Source: Malacoraja senta (taxonomy: Eukaryota). Taken from it: 64,000 bases of DNA. The stretch covers positions 62,001-126,000 of the forward strand of contig CM075998.1 in NCBI GenBank assembly GCA_038087875.1, in the 5' to 3' direction. The notes below the pieces were generated by a model. That model ran no database searches and had not been told where the DNA came from. It saw only the letters and a list, made by a program, of their open reading frames with translations. Both the position numbers and the translations under genes were made by a program. Shown one piece after another: positions 12,975 to 24,530 of the stretch. Positions within the stretch are counted from its first letter, which is position 1, and each line of letters opens with the position of its first letter.

Positions 12975-14547
12975 TCCTCTCCACTTTAAGTTCCCTTCTT
13001 ATTTGCTTGGCATTTAATGACAGCCAGTGCCCCTGGCTTCATTATTGTCCTTATCTGGTCTGTACTTTACTGTTAATTTCTCATGGGGTCTCCGTTGCTT
13101 TTCTCAAAGCCTTTCTGTTTCCCTACTGCTCCAAACATGTGACAGACTCCATATACATATGCTTAGTCGGTATAAACTTCAGCTTTGTCTCCTTCCCTCA
13201 TGTCACATGCTGCTCTTAAAGCCTTAATTTCTGCCAACTGAGCTAAGCAAGATTGCAGGCAAGCTTCCAATTTAATTACATTAAAGTCTAATTCATCCTG
13301 ATGCACCACTTCAAACCATGTATACTTGCTATTATGATCCCTTTAACAAGAAACATTCACAAGCAAAACCTTTTTGTCCCCTTCATTCAAAGGCTCTGAC
13401 TGTAAAACATTTACAGTCAGCTATAGCTTTAACTTCTTTAGATATTACTCGTCCTGAATATTCTACCTGCTGCTGACAAAACAGCAACTTCTTCCTGGAT
13501 ACTCTATGACCTCCTATGCCATCTTTTCCAAAAGAATTAAAATGTCTCTCTCACATTGCTTCTCACTTGTGGAACAAACCAACAAATCATCCACATACAG
13601 TATCAAATACTTTCTAAGGGTACACCTTCCAAATCTGCCATTAACATCTGATTAAAAACATGGGGCTAGTATTTAAAACCCTGCTGCATCCAAGCCTAGG
13701 TGTATTTAATACCTATTTTTAATGTTCTTACTATAGCTATGTTCACCACTATTTTAATATAATTATTATTATTTCCTGATTACCATACCTGTTCACATCC
13801 CCAACACACCGTATCCATTAACTGTCTTCTTACTAGCCTTCCTTGACCTCCTCCTTGAGATCCCTCCCTCCCTTGGGGACCCCAGTCCTGTCTGGGCTTA
13901 TATCCAGATTTATTTCACTCCTGATAGGGCATTTGAGGAAACACTCCTCCACAGACATTTATTATTGGCATGGAATTCTCTGGCCCTGTTTGGCTCTGTC
14001 ATAGGACTCACTGTGTGTCGGTACATCACTTATTTCAGTCTTTTCAACCAGATCTGTTGTTATTGACAACATTGTCTTTCCTTTTTCACGCTCTTTCTTT
14101 TTGAGCTCTTCAAGTTACATTTGAATCATTTTTCTCTGCACCTCTTCCTGCTGGTCTGCAAGTCTTTTTCCTATCTTTGCGATATTTTTCGACCGCATGG
14201 ACCAAATGATCGCTGAACGGGGGTGGGAAATAGATGACAATCCCACCACCTCCTCCAATCTAGACTTGACTTTAGGAGGAATGACATCCACCACAGTGGT
14301 TCAGAATATAGTGTTCATTAACTGGTTGCCTTCTATATCTTGTTCATTTTCAAGTCTCCACTTTTTCATCTGGTTCTCCAGATAGGCTGCTGGATTATTT
14401 GCCTCTCCCATTGGAACTCCCCTTTATTCCTTGGGGTCCACCTTATAAGGTACCTGAACGCTGTGATTGGACATTGATTCAGATCATGATTAGTCCGACT
14501 CACCATCACTCAAATTCTAGCCACACCCCACTAAGATCTCAACAAAT

Positions 14548-14638
14548 CAAAAAAATGCTGGAGAAACTCAGCGGGTGCAGCAGCATCTATGGAGCGAAGG
14601 AAATAGGTAACGTTTCGGGCCGAAACCCTTCTTCAGAC
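14548..14638 (-). mobile_element. Penelope-derived terminal fragment with hammerhead ribozyme core
   Basis: Minus strand CTGAAGA-AGGG-TTTCGG-CCC-GAAAC-GTT, followed by the conserved ...CCATAGATGCTGC...CTGAGTTTCTCCAGCATTTT. Confidence 0.7.
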
Positions 14639-15000
14639 CCTAAATCAAAATCCTAGTCACTCAACATCTGACCACATGCCACTCCCATTAATTTCCAGAC
14701 AAAGAAAGCAAATTTGGCTAGAGAGAATGCTGAGAGACCAAGCATCAGAAAGAATGCAGCAAATTTATCTCCACAAACAGTTAAGAAACTCAGTCCTTAC
14801 ACCTCCTCCTTCCTTGTAGTCACTATATTACCTTAATATATTCTTATTGCTATATAACCTTACACTATTCTTATTGCTATTCTACTTGTTGCTATTCTAC
14901 AACATTGTATCACTGTGTACACTTTCTTTTACCCACTTACCTTAAATTCCAATTTTGCCTGTACAGCCTCAGTCACCCAAGGCGTTATCCACAAAATACT

Positions 15001-15262
15001 TTATTCTGCCAGTACAAACCCCTGCCCTCTTAGGGTGGTATCGGCAGAATGCCTTATTCTGCCCGTACAAACCCCTGACCTCTCAGGGTGGTATCCACAG
15101 GATACTCTATTCTGCCCGTACAAACATCTGACCTCTCAGGATGGTATCCACAGAATGCCTGCCTCGTCCGTGCAACCCCTGACGTCTCAGGGTGGTATCC
15201 ACGAGGTATAATACCTGCCTCGTCCGTGCAACCCCTGACCTCTCAGGGTGGTATCCATGAGG
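15001..15262. repeat. Five tandem ~52-56 bp repeats in the ERV leader
   Basis: Core CAA(A)CCCCTGACCTCTCAGGGTGGTATCCA repeated five times, in two subtypes (three TATTCTGCC-type, two CCTGCCTCGTCCG-type). Confidence 0.85.
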
Positions 15263-15593
15263 TCTAATAAACTCTTAATAATATCACACAATGCAATGCT
15301 GTACTTATCACAAATATTATTTACTCACCACACAGCGCAGCCTTCTCGGACAATCCTCCGGCCCTCCTTTTTAGAACAATTTAGTGCCAGATTCTTGGGT
15401 CGGAGATATCTTCTAACTACCTAATCAATTCTGTGCCCCAATGGCTTCCCATGTTCAACAGGTTATTAGTCCAAATGAAGCGGAAAACAGCATAATTTTA
15501 TAGGTGGCCACCCTTCTCCTGTTGTCCCTAGGAGCCAAAAGGGGCTGGGAAGTGCCCTGGGCTGTTTGTCTTTTAATTAACGGTCTCTTACCG

Positions 15594-15611
15594 ACCCTGC
15601 TCGCAGCGCCA
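15594..15611 (-). promoter_or_regulatory. Retroviral primer-binding site complementary to a tRNA-Ser 3' end
   Basis: Minus strand TGGCGCTGCGAGCAGGGT, 4 nt after the LTR-terminal CA. The plus strand ACCCTGCTCGCAGCGCCA resembles vertebrate tRNA-Ser(CGA/TGA) 3' ends (from recall). Confidence 0.75.
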
Positions 15612-15615
15612 ATTT

Positions 15616-16155
15616 TGTCGTGGTTTTAAGACTCAAAGTTTGGATAAGATAACACAGACACGGAGAATTCTTCAAGAAGACGAAAGACTTTATTTGCAAA
15701 CAACTTTTGGCTTGGAACATTCAGAGACAACAAGGCCTGGTCGCTCTCTAATTGTTCTCTGATCTACAGAAACAAGCAGCATTATATTACACTCTTTCAG
15801 CGTTATTTTAGGCTACTTGGCATGCATGCTTCTGTAACTTTAATCTCACTATGTCCTTGCTCTTTAACTTTAATCTCTGAGCCGATCATGGTGTACTAAC
15901 TAAAGCAAAATAAAAAATAAGAAGCAACTTGTTTAGTGCCTCGATGTCTGATCACATAAAAATAGCTTTAATAAATTTTCCAAGCACATTACTAGGTAAA
16001 TGTTAAATGCTGCAAAACTAACAATCGTGTGAGTCTGAGTACAATAAGATGATGTCTGATTACATAAAATAGCTGACTATGCTGGCTATGATAAATTGGC
16101 TGGTTGGCTATGCTGGTTTTAATTAATTGTTCTTCTATATAATTTCTATATAACT
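15616..16155 (-). repeat. ERV 5' LTR (upstream boundary approximate)
   Basis: Ends in ...CCACGACA next to the PBS, with AATAAA about 75 nt from that end and an AT-rich U3 containing short internal duplications. Confidence 0.6.
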
Positions 16156-16171
16156 TCTAACTTCTATGCCT

Positions 16172-19100
16172 TCCAGAGGGAAGTGATTCAAAAAGTTTGT
16201 GGCCAGGGTGAGAGGGGTCAGAGATGATCTTGCCCACTCACTTCCTGGCCCTTGCAGTGTACAGTTCATCAATGGAGGGAAGGTTGCAGCCAATAACCTT
16301 CTCAGCTGATCGGACGATTCGCTGCAGCCTCCAGGTGTTGTGCTTGGCGGCTGAGCCAAACCAGACCATGATGGAGAAGGTGAGAACAGACTCTACGATG
16401 GCCGTGTAGAATTGGACCATCATTGCCTGTGGCAGATTGTGCTTCCTCAGCTGCTGTAGGAAGTACATCCTCTGTTGTGCCTGTTTGACTGTGGAGTCGA
16501 TGGTAGCCCTCCCACTTAAGGTCCTTGGAGATGATGGTTCCCAGGAACTTAAATGACTCCACAGATGTGACTGTGGTGTTGTTGATGGTGAGTGGGGTGA
16601 GGGGAGGGGGAGCTCTCCTAAAGTCTACAATCAATTCCACTGTCTTAAGAGCATTGAGCTCTAGGTTGTTGCGATGGCACCAGGACGCCAGGTGTGACAC
16701 TTCCTGTCTGTAGGCAGATTCCTCCCCATCCTGGGATCAGTCCAATCAGGGTTGTGTCGTCCGCAAACATGAGAAGCTTGACGGAGGTATCTGTGGAGGT
16801 GCAGTCGTTGGTGTAGAGAGAGTAGAGGAGAGGAGAGAGTACGCAGCCTTGCGGTGCTCCTATGCTGAGCGTTTACGGGTCTGAGATGTGCTTTCCCAGC
16901 CTCACATGCTGCTTCCTGTCTGTCAGGAAGCTGGTGATCCACTGAAAGAGGGGTTCAGGCACAGCCAACTCGGAAAGTTTGGAGTGTAGTAGCTCTGGCA
17001 CAATGGTATTCCTTGCCTTTTTGGGTACAGGGACAATAGTGGAGACTTTGAAACAGGCAGGGACAGTACATGTTTGCAGGGACTGGTTAAACATGTATGT
17101 ACAGACCAGCTGTTTGGCACAGAGCTTAAGAGTACAGGGGGAAACATTGTCAGGTCCTGGAGATTTCAGGCTCTTTTATCCTCTGAAAAGCCTCTCCACC
17201 TCCTCTAGTTTTATTGTTGATATTGGATAAGTGATGTTGTGCAGCTCGGAGGGTGTGGGTGATTAGGTGTGAAGTGGAGATTGGAGGGGGGTGGGTGTAG
17301 AAAGGCTCAGTCTTTGCAGACTGAGGTCAGGCTGTGAGTGCGTGTGAAGTGTTGGTTGGGGTGGGAAAGGGTCCAGTCTTTTCATACTGGAGTCTTGCCT
17401 TAAGTAGGTATGAAGTGGTGAATGGGAAGGAGAGGATGCAGGGTCCATTCGTTGTAGACTGGGGTCTGGCTGTGTTGGTTGGGGAGAGGGTACCAGGGTT
17501 ACGTTTCTGATTTTCAAACCTGCAGTAAAACTCATTCAGGTCATTGGTCAGCTGACGATTGTCCAAAGAGCGGGGGGCTTTCCTCTTATAGCTGGTGATT
17601 TCTTGCAAGCCCTTCCAAACTGAAGAAGTGTCACTAGCTGAGAACTTGCTCCTCAACTTCTCAGAGTACCTTTCGTTGGCAGCTCTGATTCCTCTTTTCA
17701 GTTTGTACTTGGCATGCCTGTAGAGGTCTGCATCCCCGCTCCTGTAGGCCTCCTCTTTAGACCGTCGGAGCTATCTGAGTTCTGCAGTGAACCAGGGCTT
17801 TAACGAGGGTTAGCGCAACTGCAGCTCAATGTTGAAGGCCTTACCACCGCCAAGCTCAACATCATCGAACAGATTGCCATCAAAAACAAGGCGACTATAA
17901 TTCTACTGCAGGAGACTCACACCGAAAACAAGAACTTCCTGAAACTTCATGGGTATACCCTGGCCGGTCACACCGCCGACAAACATCATGGCATAGCTAC
18001 ATTCGTTCGGAACGACATGGCCTGGTCAGCCATAGCACAGTCCGCAGAGGATGCAGAGGTAGAATGGATCACAACCAAAGTGCAAGACACTACCATCGTC
18101 AACATTTACAAGCTGCTTCCGAGCAAGTTGGTCCCAACATCTGTGCCAGATGTCCCAGCCCCTGCCGTGTATGCTGGTGACTTCAACAGCCATCATACAG
18201 ACTGGGCATACAGCAGCTCCAACGCTGACAGCGACTTCCTGGCAGAATGGGCCTTGACCGCCGATGCAACACTCCTATACGACCCAAAGGAGCCACGCAC
18301 TTTCTACTCTGCACGCTGGAACAGCACCACCAACCCGGACCTGGCCTTCACAAAATGTCGCAACAACGAACTGCTCCCAGTAAGACGCATCCTGGACAGG
18401 TTTCCCCGGTCACACCATCGACCATCGCTCATAACCATTCCATCTCTGGTCCAGCCCGTGGAAGGGAAAGATGTCAAAAGGTGAAACTACAGGAAAGCAA
18501 ACTGGGTGGGCTTCACACAACAAGTGAATAAGGCAGACGCTGGCCTCCCACACCCACGCCCCACCAACCTGAACAACGCTTACGACTCATACTGCAAGAT
18601 GCTGCTGACCGCCGCCAAGAAGAACATCCCCCGCGGTGTACGTAAAGCCTATGTTCCCTGTTGGGATGATGAATGTGAAGACCTACTTCGTGCCCACACA
18701 GAATCACAAACCATGAAGACAGGGACAAAGCAGCGAACGAACTAATCTGCAGACTAAATGAGAAACGCAGGCAGAAGTGGACGGAGACAGTGGAATCAAT
18801 TGATTTCACACACTCCAGCCGTCAGGCATGGCAGACCATGAATAAGCTGATGGGCAGGTCGACAACCCCAGTACAGTGTCCCATTACTGCAAATTCCATC
18901 GCGTCGCTACTGCTGAGTAATGGCCGCTTCCCCAACGCAGACAAGGCCTTCACCAGAACAACATTGGCAAGAGTCCATGAGCTACACAGGGCCCCGAGCT
19001 GCGACTCCAACCTATCCCACGATTTCACAACACATGAAATCGAGCAGGCCATCCGACGGCTGAAAACCGGCAAGGCACCAGGCACCGACGGCATCCACCT

Positions 19101-20405
19101 GGAATACATAAAACACCAAGGCAAGAAGGCAACTGACTGGTTGTGCTCCTTCCTCTCCACGTGTTTCCGCTGCCTGAAGCAGCCAAAGATCTGGCGCCGT
19201 GCCAAGGTGATCGCTCTGCCGAAGCCAAAGAAGCCTAGCGATGACCCCAAGGGATACCGACCCATCTCACTGCTGTGTGTGCCATACAAAGTCCTGGAAC
19301 GTCTCCTCCACACACGTCTCAATCCTGTGATCAACCCCCAGCTGCCTAAAGAACAGGCTGGCTTCCGAAGCGGTAGGTCAACGGCGGACCAGGTGACCCT
19401 CCTGTGCCAAGACACAGAGGACAGCTTCCAGGCAGGGGAGAAGGCTGGCGCTGTCTTCTTGGACCACACAGCTGCATATGATACTGTCTGGCTGCGTGGA
19501 CTACACATGAAGCTTCTGGAAACCATCCCAGACAAGCACATGGTGAGCTTCATCATGGAGATGCTGAGCAACTGCAGCTTCAGGCTACACACCAGCAATG
19601 GGCAATGCAGCAGGGTGAGGAAACTTAAGAACGGCGTCCCTCAGGGCTCAGTGCTGGCACCAATGCTGTTCAATATCTACATCCATGACCTGCCTGCAAC
19701 CCAGTCAAAGAAGTATGGCTATGCTGATGACCTGGCCATCCTACTTAGTAAGCCATCCTGGGAAGCAGCAGAAGAGGGCCTCTCTGAAGACATGAACATC
19801 CAGAAAGCAGTGGACAACCCTCAACCGCTTGAGGACAGGCATCGGACGCTATGGAGTAGCGATGAAGAGGTGGGGGCCTCGTGGACAGCGAGTGCCTCCT
19901 GCGAGTGTGGGGACCCAACACAGACAGTGGAGCACATCGTCACCAGTTGCCCCAAACACCGGCCTGTCTGATTGACCTGGACGATGATACGTTGGCCTGG
20001 CTCGCCTCAACGGAGCTGCAGGTCTAAAAGGCACACAACAGAAGAAGAAGTGAACCAGGGCTTGTTGTTGTTGAACCATGTCCGGGTCTTAGTTGGAATG
20101 CAACTGTCCTCACAAAAGTTGACATATGATGATACAGTGTCCGTTTACTCATCGAGGGTTGTGGTTACTTCCCTGAACACATTCCTATCCGTGCAGTCAA
20201 AGCAGGATGGTAGGATCTCAATGCCCTCGCTTGTCCACCTTTTCGTTGTTCTGATCACAGGCTTAGCAGATTTTAGTTTCTGCCTGTAGATCAGAATAAG
20301 GTGAACTAGACAATGATCAGAGAGACCCAGACCCGTCCAGGGAATAGAGCGATAAGCGTTCTTGATTGCCGTATAACAGTGATCGAGTGTTCTCTCCCCT
20401 CTGAT
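16172..20405 (-). mobile_element. Rex1/Babar-like LINE, disrupted, split by a Vingi-like insertion
   Basis: NNKPWF, VWKGLQEITSYK, VPACFK.STIVPVPKK, GAPQGCVLSPLL, FADDT, LELNALKTVELIVDFRR, FKFLG, FYTAIVESVLT. Confidence 0.85.
17801..20048 (+). mobile_element. Vingi/Ingi-like (I-group) LINE: APE + RT + C-terminal CCHC, internally deleted
   Basis: QLNVEG...[51 protein letters not shown], then WTTLNRLRTG.GR and CECG..TQTVEHIV.SCP. It has a (GAA)n tail and a perfect 15-bp TSD AGTGAACCAGGGCTT (17786-17800; 20049-20063). Confidence 0.8.
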
Positions 20406-20409
20406 GGTA

Positions 20410-20663
20410 ACATAAAAGTCTGTATTATAATAATGGTCTATTTTAAAGAGTCTGTCTTGTAAATAGTTAAAGAGTGCTCACATTCCCCCACCACTCGTAG
20501 AGTTCTGGAATAGTGGAGGAAATGAAAAGTGTTTAAGTAAAGCCTTGACAGAGACTGGACAGGAAAGGGTTAAGATATTCCCAACCATTCTGTTGGTTCA
20601 GAACCCCAGCTAGAGAGACAGGGTTAACGCCTTTAGAACTGATAACAGGACAAGCTATGAACC
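20410..20663 (+). mobile_element. Decayed retroviral integrase fragment
   Basis: HH(S)*SSGIVE.M...SKALTETG...IFPTILL..RTP..ETGLTPLELITGQAM matches the ERV integrase pattern YHPQSSG.VER...P..L...R..P...GLSP.E...GR.M. Confidence 0.65.
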
Positions 20664-21067
20664 TGGCAGAGAATTGCACAAATTCACCACTCTCTGTGTG
20701 AAAAATGATTTTCGCATCTCGTTCCTAAAAGACCCCCCCCTTATCCTTAAACTGTGACCCCTTGTTCTGGACTTCCCCAACATCGGGAACAATCTTCCTG
20801 CATCTAGCCTGTCCAACCCCTTAAGAATCTTGTATAAGATCCCTCCTCAATCATCTAAATTCTAGCGAGTACAAGCCGAGTCTATCTAGTCTTTCTTCAT
20901 ATGAAAGTCCTGCCATCCCAGGAATCAGTCTGGTGAACCTTCTCTGTACTCCCTCTATGGCAAGAATGTCTTTCCTCAGATTAGGAGACCAAAACTGTAC
21001 GCAACACTCCAGGTGTGGTCTCACCAAGACCCTGTACAACTGCAGTAAGACCCTGTACAACTGCAGT
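20664..21067 (-). mobile_element. CR1 RT C-terminal fragment with a 21-bp tandem duplication at its 5' edge
   Basis: ORF 20851-21060; AAGACCCTGTACAACTGCAGT occurs twice in tandem. Confidence 0.88.
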
Positions 21068-21292
21068 ACATAAAGGGGGGGAGAGAAAGTTGAAGTTATT
21101 TTTTAACCTGATGTGTTACCTCATATACCGACCTTTAGGAAAGATTAGTTGTGCTAATTGTGGCTCAGACATTGTGAATACAAAAGGAAGTTGTAAAAAC
21201 ACACATAGACTGCCTCTGTTTCAGTTTTAACCAGGCCCATAAAGTTTCACAATATGTCGCTCAGTGGACTAGACAAACACAATGGATGGATG

Positions 21293-22243
21293 GATGGATG
21301 GCAGAACTTTCATATGAAGAAAGACTGGATAGACTCGGCTTGTACTTGCTGGAATTTAGAAGATTCAGGGGGGATCTTATAGAAACGTACAAAATTTTTA
21401 AGGGGTTGGACAGGCTAGATGCAGGAATATCGAGGCCTTTCTTCAGACATGTATATTTGAACATATTTATGTTAGAATGTATTTTGTGTGTCCTGTTGCT
21501 TTTTATTGGTATGACTGTATGACACATAAAATTCCTCGTATGTTGCAAAACATACTTGGCTAATCAAGACTTATTATGATGATTTCCAAACACTGGCAGA
21601 TTTAGTGAGGTTTTGCAATCCCGCAGCAGCAGATTATCACCACTGGGTGGTGATGATACCACGTCTGACTGCCTTAATGCAGGATATGTCTCTAAAACTT
21701 CCCACATAAAGAAAAATAAACCTTTGTCTTAAGGGCTTCTCTATGAAGCCCAGTATTCATTGCTTGGCATATTTGCTCTTGAACTCAGTGGCTTGGTGCA
21801 GGTACAGCCGGCAGTGAAGAAAGCCAATGGCATGTTGGCCTTCATAGCGAGAGGATTTGAGTATAGGAGCAAAGAGGTCCTACTGCAGTTGTACAGGGTC
21901 TTGGTGAGACCACACCTGGAGTATTGTGTACAGTTTTGGCCCTGTTGGCCTTCATAACAAGAGGAGTTCAGTATAGGAGCAAAGAGTTCCTACCACCAAT
22001 CTATGAAAGTAAGCGTGCAGGTACATCAGGCAGCGAAGAAAGCGAATGGCATGTTGGCCTTTATAACAAGAGGAGTCGATTATAGGAACAAAGAGATCCT
22101 TCTGCAGTTGTACAGGGCCCTAGTGAGACCACACCTGGAGTATTGTGTACAGTTTTGGTCCCCTAATTTGAGGAAGGACATCCTTGCTATTGAGGGAGTG
22201 CAGCGTAGGTTCACCAGGTTAATTCCCGGGATGACCGGACTGT
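21293..22243 (+). mobile_element. Cluster of short rearranged CR1 fragments (21293-21427, 21796-22243) plus a LINE-type 3' tail (21430-21582)
   Basis: Repeated KKANGMLAFI.RG and [11 protein letters not shown] segments. The tail ...AAATTCCTCGTATGTTGCAAAACATACTTGGCTAAT resembles the Rex1 3' UTR near 33,600. Confidence 0.7.
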
Positions 22244-22344
22244 CCTTAGTGTGCGTAGGATGATGCTAGTGTACGGGGATCGCTGGTCGGTGCAGACTCG
22301 GTGGGCTGAAAGGCCTGTTTCCGTTCTGTATCCCTAAACTAAAC
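22244..22344 (+). mobile_element. HE1/V-SINE-like SINE 3' part
   Basis: CCTTAGTGTG...GATCGCTGGTCGG...GGGCTGAAAGGCCTGTTTCC...CTAAACTAAAC. The same family occurs at 25,881-26,008 and 62,586-62,784. Confidence 0.6.
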
Positions 22345-22534
22345 AACCTGCCTTACAGGTTAGTAGGAGTGGGAACCATCACAATTTATAATGTACCTGT
22401 ATATACAATCACATCCAACTGGAGACTGGAATGAATGGTGGGAAATGGGGTCAGCTGATTCTTTACCCCAACCCTTTTCTTCATCTGGCCAAGACATAGG
22501 AAGTGATTTCTGTGTTCAACCATTTCTAGCCACA

Positions 22535-22737
22535 GGTAGACAAAAATGCTGGAGAAACTCAGCAGGTGAGGCAGCATCTATGGAGCGAAGGAAAAGGTGA
22601 CGTTTCAGGTTGAGACCCTTCTTCAGTCCTGAAACGTCATCTATTTCCGTCACTCCATAGATGCTGCCTCACCCGCTGAGTTTCTCCAGCATTTTTGTCG
22701 ACCTTCGATTTTCCAGCATCTGCAGTTCCTTCTTAAA
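22535..22737. mobile_element. Penelope-derived inverted-repeat (fold-back) mini-element with hammerhead core
   Basis: ~70-75 bp inverted arms. Minus-strand core CTGAAGA-AGGGTCTCAACCT-GAAAC-GTC (22599-22626). 14-bp TSD CATTTCTAGCCACA (22521-22534; 22738-22751). Confidence 0.78.
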
Positions 22738-22819
22738 CATTTCTAGCCACACATCACTTGCACTGAAGCTGCAACTTCCCCGTATATAGAATATCCCAAT
22801 GTGTTTCCCAAGCAATTAA

Positions 22820-23205
22820 TTGCTCTTTAGAAGAATGAGGGGGCACAGAATAATGAAAGGCCTGGATAGAGTGGATGTGGAGAGGATGTTTCCACTAGTG
22901 GGAGAGTCTAGGACCAGAGGTCACAGAATCTTCAGGAAGGAGATGAGAAATTTCTTTAGCCAGAGGGTGGTGAATCTGTGGGATTCGTTGTCACAGACGG
23001 CGGTGGAGGCCACAAGTCAGTGGATATTTTTAATGCAGAGATGGATTTTTGATTAGTACAGGTGTCAAAGGTTATGGGGAGAAGGCAGGAGAATGGGGTT
23101 AGGAGGGAGAGATAGATAGGACAGGTTTGGAGGGATATGGACCAAACGCGGGCAGGTGGGACTAGTGTAGATGGGGCTTGTTGGCTGGTGTGGGCAAGTT
23201 GGGCC
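22820..23205 (+). mobile_element. Older CR1 3' end fragments
   Basis: GLDRVDVERMFPLVGESRTRGH...FFSQRVVNLW. Confidence 0.75.
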
Positions 23206-23209
23206 AAAA

Positions 23210-24090
23210 AGCCTGCTTGTTTAGATACCTCCAGCTGAGAGATTATTACAATAAAAATATAAAAAGGGAGGCACAAGAAGAAAAGAATCCAGTGGTAGAA
23301 GAGATAGCTAATGCGTATCATCAAAAAACATCAAGGATTATTTCTAAACGTTATCATAGTTTAATGGAATGTCAAGCTATAACTACATTTTATGTAAAAT
23401 TCAAGTGGGAAAAGGAATTAAACATCACAATCTCAGAAGAAGAATGGCATCATATGTGTGTAACACTACAGACATCCACTAATTCACAAAAATGGAGAGA
23501 ATTTAATTGGAAACATTTGATTTGTTTCTTTATTACGCCTAACATAAAAAGCAGGCAAATTCTAAGGCAGCAAATATGCTGGACGCAATGTGGGCAAACA
23601 GACGCAAATCATGCACGTATCTTCTGGAGTTTTGGGACAGAGTGAATTCAGAATTAAAGGAGGTATTAGGATATATAGTCTCCAAGAAGTGTTCCATTTT
23701 ATACCTGGGTAATATAAATACAGTGGTGCTGAAGGAAGATCATTACTCACAGCTGGCAGAAAGGCCATTACAAGAAACTGGCTTGCACACCCAGACTTAG
23801 ACAATGGTTAGACATAGTACAGGAAATATTTGTCATGTTTAACAGAAATGGGAAAAATGGATTAGGTATAGAAATAAAGACATCAACACTATATAATTTT
23901 ATTGACAACAATGTAAGTTATTGGAAAATGTTTTAATAAGAAAATAGTTCTGTATACTGCATGATTAATTGTAAACTGAACCCCCCGCTGCACTGTTGTA
24001 CGTTTCACTGCATTGTTGTATGTTTCGTTGTTATATTTGTGTTTTATTTCATAAAAGCAATAAAGATTAAAGTGAAAAAACAAAACAAAA
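23210..24090 (+). mobile_element. L1-clade LINE 3' portion with A-rich tail
   Basis: FRYLQLRDY...KWEKELNITISEEEW...WREFNWK...FFITP...CW.QCG...ANH..IFW. AATAAA followed by an A-rich tail at ~24,059-24,090. Confidence 0.8.
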
Positions 24091-24331
24091 GGCCTGCTTC
24101 TACCATGTATAACTCTATGACTCTAAACATGACACCTGGGGAACCAGAGTCTTTTCTACCCAACACGACAGCCAGCCTATGTTTAAAATGTGCATTTGAA
24201 AGGTGACTACACTGAATTTGTAGGCAATGCTCAACACTCGATTGGAAAAGTCACGTGCAAGCAGATGAGATCATTTTAACTTGGCATCATGTTTAATGCA
24301 AACATTAGTGGGCCTGTATTGTACTGTTCTA

Positions 24332-24530
24332 TGGTAAACACAAAATGTTGGAGTAACTCAGAGGGACAGGCAGCATCTCTGGAGAGAAGGAATGGGTGAC
24401 GTTTTGGGTCGGACCAAGGATCTCGACCTGAACCGTCACCCATTCCTTCTCTCCAGAGAAGCTGCCTGTCCCTCTGAGTTACTCCAGCACTTTGTGTCTA
24501 TCTTCAATTTTATTAGCATCTGCCGTTCTT
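24332..24530. mobile_element. Second Penelope-derived fold-back mini-element (different subfamily)
   Basis: Inverted arms ...GGAGTAACTCAGAGGGACAGGCAGC / GCTGCCTGTCCCTCTGAGTTACTCC. 13-bp TSD TTGTACTGTTCTA (24319-24331; 24531-24543). The ribozyme core is truncated. Confidence 0.75.

Larger units (their letters stand above)
12975..16155 (-). mobile_element. Internally deleted class I (gamma/epsilon-like) endogenous retrovirus: 5' LTR, PBS, leader, gag, RT and RNase H remnants
   Basis: Manual minus-strand translation gives gag-like NPAAYLENQMKKW...RLEEVVGL...DHLVHAVEKYRK (~14,410-14,130) and CWGC (~13,800). RT: QQGFK..PHVFNQ, YVDDLLVCS (~13,590), GHRVSRKKLLFCQQQVEY. RNase H: AQLAEIKAL, VYTD.AYVYG, AVIKCQA (13,250-13,000). 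Confidence 0.85.

Noticed and set aside
15001..15262. CRISPR-like array
   Set aside because: Vertebrate ERV leader context, linkers homologous to each other rather than unique spacers, and no cas genes.
21070..21260. Cys-containing frame (KISCANCG...GSCKN) as retroviral env
   Set aside because: Its position after the integrase fragment is suggestive, but it is too short and has no diagnostic furin, CKS-17 or CX6CC motif.
22386..22530. Possible minus-strand exon ending CAG|GTACAT as a further slc39a5 exon
   Set aside because: No frame resembles a ZIP transporter sequence I recognise.
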